From positions 27,557 to 91,556 of the forward strand of contig CAVVSY010000012.1 in assembly GCA_963751005.1 (NCBI GenBank): a stretch of 64,000 nucleotides of DNA. Reading direction: 5' to 3'. A program made the translations under genes and the position numbers. The DNA comes from an uncultured bacterium. GTDB lineage: Bacteria > Actinomycetota > Acidimicrobiia > Spongiisociales > ZC4RG35. This document shows positions 10,622-18,051 of the stretch, piece after piece. The notes under the pieces are model-generated. The model was not told the origin of the DNA and did no database searches. It saw only the letters and a list, made by a program, of their open reading frames with translations. Each line of letters starts with the position of its first letter. Position 1 is the stretch's first letter.

Positions 10622-12115
10622 TTAGCCGTGCGTGGGGAAGCCGAGGTCGACGCCGCGGTGGATCGGGTCGGCCCACCGCGCGATGACCACCTTCTGCCGG
10701 GTGTAGAAGTGGACGCCCTCGGGCCCGTAGATGGCGTGTGACCCGAAGATCGAGTCCTTCCATCCGCCGAAGCTGTAGAAGGACAGCGGCACGGGGATCG
10801 GAACGTTGATCCCCACCATCCCCACCTGGATCTCCTGCTGGAACTTGCGGGCCGCACCACCGTCGTTGGTGAACACCGCCGTCCCGTTGCCATAGGGGTT
10901 CTCGTTGATCAGGCTGATGGCGTCCTCGAAGTGCTCCATGCGAACGGTGGACAGCACCGGGCCGAAGATCTCGTCGGTGTAGATCGACATCGTCCGGGCT
11001 CGACATTGTCGAACAGGGTCGGGCCGAGGAAGAAACCGTCCTCGTATCCCTCGACGACGAAGTCCCGACCGTCGGCACGAGGAGGGCGCCCTCCGGACTC
11101 CCCGGCGTCGACATAGCCACGCACCTTCTCAAGTGCTGCTTGGTGACCAGCGGGCCCATCTCGATGCCGGCTGGTCGCCCGGGCCCACGGTGAGCTTCTC
11201 GATCCGCGCTCGCACACCTCGATGAGCTGGTCACCTGCGTCGCCGACGGCAACCACCGCGGAGATGGCCATGCACCGCTCACCGGCAGACCCGTAGCCGG
11301 CGCTGACGGCGGCGTCGGCGGCCAGGTCCATGTCGGCGTCGGGGAGGACGATCATGTGGTTCTTGGCGCCGCCCAGGGCCTGCACCCGTTTGCCGTGGCT
11401 CGTTCCCGTCTCGTAGATGTGGCGAGCGATCGGTGTCGAGCCGACGAAAGAGACCGCGGCAACGTCGGGATGGGTGAGGAGGGCGTCGACCGCCTCCTTG
11501 TCGCCGTGGACCACGTTGAAGACCCCGTCGGGCAGTCCGGCCTCGGTGAGCATCTCCGCGGCGAGCTGGGACGGCGACGGGTCCTTCTCCGATGGCTTGA
11601 GGATGAAAGTGTTTCCGCATGCGATGGCGATCGGGTACATCCACATCGGGACCATGGCCGGGAAGTTGAACGGGGTGATCCCGGCGACGACCCCAAGCGG
11701 CTGACGGATCGTGTAGGTGTCGACGCCGGTCGAGACCTGCTCGGAGAAGTCGCCTTTGAGCAGGTGGGCGATGTTGCAGGCGAACTCGATCACCTCGAGC
11801 CCCCGTTGCACCTCGCCGAGGGCGTCGTCGATGGTCTTGCCGTGCTCGGCGGTGAGGACCGCGGCGATCTCCTTCCGTCGCGCCGCCACCAATTCCCGGA
11901 AGGCGAACATGACGTTCTGTCGTTGGGTCAGAGATGAGAATCGCCACGATTCGAAGGCTCGGCCTGGCAACGCGGACTGCCCGGTCGACATCGGCTGCGA
12001 GGCGAGGGCGACTTCACCGGTCTGGTCCCCGGTGGCCGGGTTGAAGACGGGGCCGGACCGACCCGATGCCCCCGCCACATAGGCGACCGTCGACCCAATG
12101 CTGGATCTGTTTCAT
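10622..12115 (-). pseudogene. mmsA: CoA-acylating methylmalonate/malonate-semialdehyde dehydrogenase, several frame breaks
   Basis: ATG 12115 (MKQIQHWVDG). ORF 10909..12078 carries FNFPAMVPMWMYPIAIACGNTFILKPSEKDP, GGAKNHMIV and GERCMA (catalytic Cys). ORF 10622..10990 carries the C-terminus (YTDEIFGPVLS...NGTAVFTNDG...VGINVPIPVP). Confidence 0.85.
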
Positions 12116-12171
12116 GGGGGCAACGGTAGCCAGCCGACCGATTAGGTCCGTCAGAAGACTACGTTCGCCAG

Positions 12172-12561
12172 GTGACCACGACCACTGCAGCCCTCCTCGC
12201 CGCGTTGCTCCTCGCCTGGGTCGCCATGGTCCACATCGCTATGGCATCCGGGCTGCGTCTCGGGGAGCTGGTCTGGGCCGGGCGTCAACCCCGTCTCCTC
12301 ACCCCGGAATGGAGGATCCGGTCGGCCCTCTACGCCCTTGGCCTGGTCGTCTCGGCCTGGGTGTTGCTCTCGGTGACCGGAGTGGTCGGTGTCGTCGCCA
12401 TCCCCGAGGAGTACACGCAGGCTGCCACGCTCGCCGTGACCGTGTTTCTGGGGCTCGCCTGTGTCGCCAGCCTGATCTGGGGCACGACCTGGGAGCGAAT
12501 GCTGTTCGCCCCGATCACCGGGCTCGGGGCTCTCCTCGCCGGCTGGCTCACGTTCGCCTGA
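12172..12561 (+). CDS. hypothetical integral membrane protein (4 predicted TM segments)
   Basis: ORF 12172..12561 with a GTG start. Strongly hydrophobic sequence and intact frame. I recognise no family. Confidence 0.55.
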   Translation: MTTTTAALLAALLLAWVAMVHIAMASGLRLGELVWAGRQPRLLTPEWRIRSALYALGLVVSAWVLLSVTGVVGVVAIPEEYTQAATLAVTVFLGLACVASLIWGTTWERMLFAPITGLGALLAGWLTFA

Positions 12562-12563
12562 GG

Positions 12564-12947
12564 TCAGGCGTTCGACCTGTCGATCCGAATCGGCACCCAT
12601 GGGTCGACGTCGTCCCACCTGAGCCGGGCTGCCGCCTGCCAGGCGTGCTCGTCACAGGTCAGACCGTCGGGGATCATGAACACGGCCGGCTGAGTGCACA
12701 GCTTGCACTTGAGGTACCTGATCTCCGCCTCGAACGCGAAGACCTCCCCGATCACCTGCTCCAGCTCCAGGTCGATCTCCGGGATTTCCTCAGCGACGGG
12801 GAGCACTGGCCGCAGATGCACCGCCCGCTCGACGTAGCTGATCCGGACCCAGGCGCACTCCTCGCATACCTCGCGCGCCAGCCCGGCTGTGATGGTCGTG
12901 ATCGTGTCGCGATGCGAACAGCGCACGAGACTCCGCCTTCGTTTCAA
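12564..12947 (-). CDS. hypothetical Cys/His-rich protein (N-terminal C-x-H...C-x2-C module plus second C-x2-C...C module)
   Basis: ORF 12564..12947. TTG start behind GGGAGG (6-nt spacer). The N-terminus RCSHRDTITTITAGLAREVCEECAWVRISY is paralogous to the ORF at 13188. Intact. Confidence 0.55.
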   Translation of the reverse strand: MKRRRSLVRCSHRDTITTITAGLAREVCEECAWVRISYVERAVHLRPVLPVAEEIPEIDLELEQVIGEVFAFEAEIRYLKCKLCTQPAVFMIPDGLTCDEHAWQAAARLRWDDVDPWVPIRIDRSNA

Positions 12948-13187
12948 TGCCTGCCTCCCAACAGGTTTCCCCCAACCGCAAAGAGTTGCTGCCGGTCAAG
13001 TTAGCCGACCACTCTGCGTGGTGCCAGCTCCAGGGAGAGATTTTCGAACAGACCCGGAAATACCGGAACCGGACGTCCGGGAGGTGACGTCGCAAGGGGG
13101 CAAGTCTGATTCGTGAGACTCATGGTCGGATATGCCAGGTGGGGTCAGAATCCGCCGTATCAGCTTTGATGCCAGGGAGGCTTCTAA

Positions 13188-13388
13188 GTGTTTGCCAAGA
13201 AAAACAAGGTGGCTCGCGCCGAATGCGACCACAACAAGACCATCACGGTCCGCACCGCCGGGATCGAGAGATCGGTATGTGAACAGTGCGGGAACGTGAG
13301 TATCTCGGCTCCGGAGGGGTTGTCCGGAACCGCCAGCCGCAGCCAGTTCGAGAGGGTGTCGGAGCGACCCGTCTCCACGCTCGGCTAG
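13188..13388 (+). CDS. small hypothetical Cys/His protein (66 aa), paralogous to the N-terminus of 12564..12947
   Basis: GTG start behind GGGAGG (8-nt spacer). AECDHNKTITVRTAGIERSVCEQCGNVSIS aligns with the divergent neighbour (C, H, TIT, TAG, VCE-C, V-IS conserved). Intact. Confidence 0.5.
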   Translation: MFAKKNKVARAECDHNKTITVRTAGIERSVCEQCGNVSISAPEGLSGTASRSQFERVSERPVSTLG

Positions 13389-13390
13389 CT

Positions 13391-13432
13391 CGAGTCGAGA
13401 TCCCGTCCATGGGGGCACGGGATCTCGACTCG
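13391..13432 (+). promoter_or_regulatory. 16-bp perfect stem-loop (CGAGTCGAGATCCCGT / ACGGGATCTCGACTCG, 10-nt loop) between the small Cys/His gene and the macro-domain gene
   Basis: Read directly from the sequence. It starts 3 nt after the TAG at 13386-13388 and ends 4 nt before the GTG at 13437. There is no U-tract. Confidence 0.6.
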
Positions 13433-13436
13433 CCAT

Positions 13437-14083
13437 GTGGTTCGGGATGACGGCGATTCGGCCCTCCAAGGCGACATCACCACCCAGAATGTCGATGCGG
13501 TCGTGAACGCGGCCAACTCGGCTCTGCGCAGGTGGCGGTGGGGTCGACGGGGCGATCCATAGGGCCGGGGGGCCGGTCATATCGACGCAGTGCCGGCCTG
13601 GGTACAGCTCACGGGCCACTCCCCACCGGTCAGGCGATGATCACCGACGCCGGGGACATGCCCGCCCGCTACGTCATCCACACCGTGGGGCCGATCTGGG
13701 GTGACCACCCGCGCCGAGATCGAGCGGACGGCTTCTCGCCGACTGCTATCGCAACAGTCTCGACCTCGCCACGGCTCACGAATGCGCAGTCGTGGCCTTC
13801 CCCAATATCTCGACAGGGGTCTACCGCTTCCCGAAGCGGAGGCAGCCGAGGTCGCCATGCGCGACGGTCTCGGAATGGATCGAAGAGAACCCGGTTCTCG
13901 ACGAGATTCTCTTCGTCTGTTTCGACCTGGAGAACCTGTTCGATCTACCGCGAACTGCTCCAGGTGATCGGGTGGGAATCGGGTTGGCCGGCAGGCATGG
14001 AGGAGTCGACGCTGCCGGCCGTCCCGACGGGTCAGGCCGCCGGCAGGGTCTTACCGGACCGCTTGGAGACGGTCACCCGGTAG
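13437..14083 (+). pseudogene. macro-domain protein (O-acetyl-ADP-ribose deacetylase / YmdB-like), at least 4 frame breaks; the 3' end lies somewhere between 13967 and 14083
   Basis: GDITTQNVDAVVNAANSAL (frame of GTG 13437), GQAMITDAGDMPARYVIHTVGPIWG (ORF 13532..14083), VAFPNISTGVYRFP and ILFVCFDLENL (ORF 13792..14379), then IYRELLQ back in the 13532 frame. Confidence 0.75.
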
Positions 14084-14187
14084 CGACCCACCGACAGAGA
14101 GCGCTCCCTGGGCAGGGCGGAGACGATCCTCTGGATGTCGGCTTCATGCCGGCGGTCTTCTTGAATGCTCTTGGCTACGTCGAACAT
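14032..14187 (-). CDS. possible small basic protein (51 aa), unknown function
   Basis: It falls below the ORF-track cutoff. ATG 14187 lies downstream of AAGGAGAAGGGG. The sequence is MFDVAKSIQEDRRHEADIQRIVSALPRERSLSVGRYRVTVSKRSGKTLPAA. Third positions are mostly G/C. A GC hairpin (CCGTCGGGACGG) follows the stop. Confidence 0.35.
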   Translation of the reverse strand: MFDVAKSIQEDRRHEADIQRIVSALPRERSLSVGRYRVTVSKRSGKTLPAA

Positions 14188-14223
14188 GTCCGTGGCCCCT
14201 TCTCCTTATCTAAACTCTCCGTT

Positions 14224-14243
14224 GCGGTAAGAAGCATTACCGC
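14224..14243. promoter_or_regulatory. candidate operator: GCGGTAA-N6-TTACCGC inverted repeat in an AT-richer divergent promoter region, followed by TACAAT (14254-14259)
   Basis: Read directly from the sequence. It lies between the small ORF (minus) and the CGNR gene (plus). CATTAC is repeated at 14235 and 14251. Confidence 0.35.
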
Positions 14244-14281
14244 TTACACTCATTACAATGACCAGAGGCGTAACGAGTCAA

Positions 14282-14824
14282 ATGGATTTCTCTCATTACA
14301 CGACCACGCCAGTGGAGCTGGCGGTGTCATTGACCAACACCCAGGGGATCACCCAGGATCAACTCGCCGACGCCGATAGCTCATCGAGTTCCTGGACGGG
14401 TACAGGTAGCTGTGGGACGGTGTCGCCAAGCCACCCAAGAAGGCCGACCTCGAAGCGGTGCGCACGCTGCGCTCCGCTTTACGTGAGGTGTTCGAATCGG
14501 GTGACGAGGAGCTCGCCGCCGGCGGGTCAACCTGCTCTTGGAGAAATACGGGGCTTCGCCTCGGCTGTCGACCCATAGCGGTACTCCCCACCTCCATTTC
14601 GAGCCCATCGAGACTCGATGGTGTGCTGGCTGGGTGCAATCACGGCCATGGGCCTGGCCAGTGTCATAGTCGAGCACGGGGTCGAGCGATTCGGCGTCTG
14701 CGACTCCGGGACATGTGAGGACGTATACATAGACACGTCACGTAACCGGTCGCGCCGCCACTGCTCCAACACCTGCTCGACACGAGAGGCGGTCGCCGCC
14801 TATAGCAAACGTCAGGCGGACTGA
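14282..14824 (+). pseudogene. CGNR zinc-finger protein with ABATE-like N-terminal domain, about 3 frame breaks
   Basis: The N-terminus MDFSHYTTTPVELAVSLTNT is in ORF 14258..14578. The middle (EAVRTLRSALREVFESGDEELAA) is in 14458..14718. The C-terminus FGVCDSGTCEDVYIDTSRNRSRRHCSNTCSTREAVAAYSKR in 14618..14824 fits the CGNR pattern. Confidence 0.65.
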
Positions 14825-14840
14825 GACCGAGACCGCGGCT

Positions 14841-15267
14841 TCAGGCCAGGCTGGCGTCCAGTGTGATCTCCACGTTGCCCGCCAACGCCTTCGAGACCGG
14901 ACAGCCGTCTTTGGCGGTCTCGGCGAGTCGGCGAAGTTGTCTTCGCTGATGCCATCGACCTGCCCCGACGACTGTCAGCTCCATGGTGGTGATGCCCGTC
15001 CCGGGGACGAACGTCGCCGTGGCGGTGACATCGAGACTGGTGGCCGGGGTCTCGTTCTTCGCCAATGCGTTGGAGAAAGCCATCGAGTAGCACGCAGAAT
15101 GAGCGGCTGCGATCAACTCTTCCGGGCTGGTCACCCCGCCATGCTCCTCAGCGCGCGCCTTCCAGGCGACTGGAGAGGGCCGGCCGCCCCGCTGTCGAGT
15201 TCGTGGTCCCCGATCCCTCGAAGAGGGTGCCTTCCCAATGCGTGCTGCCAGTGCTCTGCAATGCCAT
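14841..15267 (-). pseudogene. OsmC/Ohr-family peroxiredoxin-like protein, 2-3 frame breaks
   Basis: ATG 15267 (MALQSTGSTHWEGTLFEGSGT). ORF 14841..15503 carries SPEELIAAAHSACYSMAFSNALA and AETAKDGCPVSKALAGNVEITLDASLA. The segments between are out of frame. Confidence 0.75.
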
Positions 15268-15321
15268 GTCCGTCGACCTTCCTGTCGTTGAGAGCCCGAG
15301 ATTACCGCCGGCTCGAACCAC

Positions 15322-15744
15322 TCAGTCCTGACTGCGATCCAGCCCCTCGGCTCGAACCCGCGTGACCACGATCCGCAAGGCGACGTTGTAGCCGACCCCG
15401 AAAGCCTCGGGGGTGAATCCGATACGAACGATCTCGCTGCCGTACTTGTCCAGGTATCCCGGGAACTCGGTGGGAAGGGGGAGATCCTCGATCCTGGCCT
15501 CACCCTCCAAGGTCACGACCACATCGCCATGACGGTCCCCTCGGAGATTGAATGCCACCTTGGGATTGGCGGCGATCGAAACGAGCCGGGGTGACGACGG
15601 CCGGTTGTAGACCACGATGTCCTCGCCGTCGCGGAGGTACCAGACCGGCGAGGCCTGGGGCTGGCCGTCGGGAGAGACGGCGGTGAGGAATCCGATGAGC
15701 TCCTCGTCGAGGAGCTTCACCAAGGCTGGGTTGTCGGTGAGCAT
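15322..15744 (-). CDS. PPOX-class (pyridoxamine 5'-phosphate oxidase-like) probable F420-dependent enzyme
   Basis: ORF 15322..15744. FLTAVSPDGQPQASPVWYLRDGEDIVVYN...KVAFNLRGD is a typical split-barrel pattern. Intact. Confidence 0.7.
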   Translation of the reverse strand: MLTDNPALVKLLDEELIGFLTAVSPDGQPQASPVWYLRDGEDIVVYNRPSSPRLVSIAANPKVAFNLRGDRHGDVVVTLEGEARIEDLPLPTEFPGYLDKYGSEIVRIGFTPEAFGVGYNVALRIVVTRVRAEGLDRSQD

Positions 15745-15776
15745 GAGCGCAAAGGTAGACGGCTATACAGGGTGAC

Positions 15777-16954
15777 GTGCGACTGGTCGACACCTCCGAG
15801 CGACGGGCCCGTCTGGGCAGGAGACACACGCTGGCCATGTCGGCATCGGACAGCGTGGCCGCAGTCCGTTCGATGGTCGTCCTCCACTCCTCCGACCCCG
15901 TCACCGTGTTCCTCTCGGCCTGGGCCCGTGTCTCCGGATTCACCGTCCCCGATCTGGAGCGGGCCCTCTACGACGACCGGGTCGTCCTGCGGATGCACGG
16001 GATGCGACGCACGCTGTGGGTGGTCCCCACCGAGTGGGCGCCGTTGGTCTACGGCTCGTCTACCCGCGGCGGTCGCAGCCGCCGAACGGCGGCGCACCGC
16101 CAGGATGGTCGAAGCGGGCGGGGTCGCCGAAGACGGGGAGGCCTGGCTCCAGGAGGCCTCGACCGAGATACTCGGCGTGATCGCGGCCGGCGGTGAGGTG
16201 CTCACCCGGGACGTGACCAGACAGGTCCCCCGTCTCGGGCAGCAGATGCCGTTCTACAACCAGCAGGGGAGGCTGATGGGCTCTCCTGCGGTGGGGTCAC
16301 GGGCCCTCAACCAACTCGGCTTCGAGAGCCTCCTGGTGCGCACCCGACCGGCGGGAACCTGGGTCAGCGGGCAATATCGCTGGGCGGTGACCGAGTCATG
16401 GCTCGGAGCGCCCCTGCCACAGGTCGAGTCGGACGTTGCGAGCCCGCGACCTCCTGGCTCTTTGGCTCCATGCCTTCGGGCCGGCCACCGAGGTCGACAT
16501 CAAGTGGTGGACGGGTTGGCCGCTCCGACAGGTGCGCCGCGCCCTCGTCGACATCGAGGCGGTCTCGGTGTCACTGGACGACGGCGGGATCGGGTTTCTC
16601 CTCCCCGACGACACCGATCCGGTGCCAACGACCGAATCGTGGGTCGCGCTGCTCCCCTCGCTCGACCCGACGACCATGGGCTGGAAGGAGCGCTCCTGGT
16701 ATCTCGGTCCTCACGCCGGGGCTCTGTTCGATCGCAACGGCAACGGCGGCACGACGATATGGCACGACGGCGCATCGTCGGGGGCTGGACCCAGAGGAGG
16801 ACAGGGTGAGATCGTCTACGAGATCTTCGACGACATACCGGCAGCGGCGCGTGGAGCCATTGCTGCTCGGGCACGAGAGCTCGAGGAGTGGTTCGGCGGG
16901 GTGACGGTCACGCCTCGCTTCCCGTCACCCCACGAGAAGAATTTGGGCTCCTAG
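15777..16954 (+). pseudogene. winged-helix DUF1006 / YcaQ(AlkZ)-like protein, about 3 frame breaks
   Basis: The N-terminus is ORF 15777..16196 (RARLGRRHTL...VVLHSSDPVTVFLSAWARV...VLRMHGMRRTLWVVP). The middle is in 15772..16809. The C-terminus is in 16436..16954 (ARDLLALWLHAFGPATEVDIKWWTGW...PSLDPTTMGWKER). Confidence 0.6.
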
Positions 16955-18051
16955 GCCCTATCCGTCTTGCCGGCACGGCGCGTGTCCATCCCACTGACGA
17001 TCGCAGCCCCGATGAGGAGGGTGAGGACGGCGATCCACACCTTGGCCCCTTCGAAGGCCTCGACAGCGAGCGAGAAATCGGCAGTGAGCTCGGCGCCGAG
17101 GACCTCGACCTCGGCCATGTCACCCATCATGCCCTCCGAGTAGTTGGCGAGAAGCCCCGTCCCGGGGTCGCGGAGGCCGCTGTTCGCAGGTGGTGTGGGT
17201 GGGCCGCCTGCGATCGCGACAACCGTGGTCGAGGTGTCATCGCCGGGTGTGGTGGTCGTGGTCGTCTCCTCACTGGACCCGGCCCGCACCGTGGTCGTCG
17301 GGGTGACGCCGGCACCATCGGCGCCGGAGGTGTCGGTCGCCGCGGTCGTAGTAGTGGTCGTCGCACCGGGCTTGGTCGTCGCGGTCGAGGCGAGCGTCGT
17401 GCTCGTGGTCGAGGTGGTCGAGGTCGTCGTGGTCGTGGCGGCCGGGCTCTCGCCGTAGATCTCGACCCGATCGATGGTGGTGTAACCGTTGTAGAAGAGG
17501 TCGAGACCGAGCAGACCCGAATCCACGGCATTGGGCACCTTGAAGCGGACCTGGAAAGCCTCACTCAGGTACGAGGTGACGTCGAGTGTCTTGTGGTGGT
17601 TGGTCGACTGAGCGAGGTCGTACTCCTTGATGGTCACCCACCGCGACCCGTCGTACACCTGCACCCAGAGCTCGGCGGTGGTGATGCCCTCCTGAGGGAT
17701 GATCTGGATGACGAAACAGAGCTCCGCGCTGGTGAACATCGAGAGATCTGCTGCCCGTTGGACGCCGTACGACGCGGCAACCAGACCCAAGTTCAGGAGC
17801 CCTTCCCCGCCCTCGATATGGAGACAGTCGTTGTTCGAGCAGTAATCGGGCCCGACGTGGACGTTGCCCCCACCAGGCCCTCCGGTGTCCCCGAACTCGG
17901 CCCAAGGTCCGGAGAACTCGAGACTGCCGTCGTTCCCGGAGTAGTTGCCGTCACCGAAGTCATCCCGGTACTGCCCCGATTCTGTGGCCGTGACACTCAG
18001 CGCCGTAGTCATCATGAGGAGCGTGACGAGGGCAACGCCGGCGCGTCTCAA
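16951..18051 (-). CDS. secreted, C-terminally membrane-anchored surface protein with a Thr-rich linker
   Basis: ORF 16951..18051. The TTG start overlaps the kinase stop (TTGA). It has a signal peptide (RRAGVALVTLLMMTTALSVTA), a globular domain of about 190 aa, a T/S/P-rich stretch (TTTTTSTTSTTSTT...TTTTTTAAT...TTTTTTP) and a C-terminal TM (VWIAVLTLLIGAAIV). Intact. Confidence 0.7.
   Translation of the reverse strand: MRRAGVALVTLLMMTTALSVTATESGQYRDDFGDGNYSGNDGSLEFSGPWAEFGDTGGPGGGNVHVGPDYCSNNDCLHIEGGEGLLNLGLVAASYGVQRAADLSMFTSAELCFVIQIIPQEGITTAELWVQVYDGSRWVTIKEYDLAQSTNHHKTLDVTSYLSEAFQVRFKVPNAVDSGLLGLDLFYNGYTTIDRVEIYGESPAATTTTTSTTSTTSTTLASTATTKPGATTTTTTAATDTSGADGAGVTPTTTVRAGSSEETTTTTTPGDDTSTTVVAIAGGPPTPPANSGLRDPGTGLLANYSEGMMGDMAEVEVLGAELTADFSLAVEAFEGAKVWIAVLTLLIGAAIVSGMDTRRAGKTDRA

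Noticed and set aside
3249-12115. Programmed ribosomal frameshifting or transcriptional slippage as an explanation for the many frame breaks
   Set aside because: There are no long A/T homopolymers, no slippery heptamers with downstream pseudoknots and no recurrent sequence context. Breaks go in both directions, and several occur per gene.
13188-14083. Possible DarT-DarG-like toxin-antitoxin, because of the macro domain preceded by a small ORF
   Set aside because: The upstream ORF is a 66-aa Cys/His protein, not a DarT-like ADP-ribosyltransferase of about 200 aa. The macro protein is a plain YmdB-like single domain.
16951-16954. Convergent YcaQ-like and surface-protein genes share a CTAG in which both stop codons (TAG on each strand) overlap
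   Set aside because: The observation is real, but it is a trivial consequence of the palindromic CTAG, and no functional implication can be supported.
17140-17460. Short repeated GGTCGT/GGTGGT units that might suggest a repeat array or CRISPR
   Set aside because: The units are 3-9 nt, degenerate and in frame. They simply encode the Thr-rich linker, with no spacer-repeat architecture.
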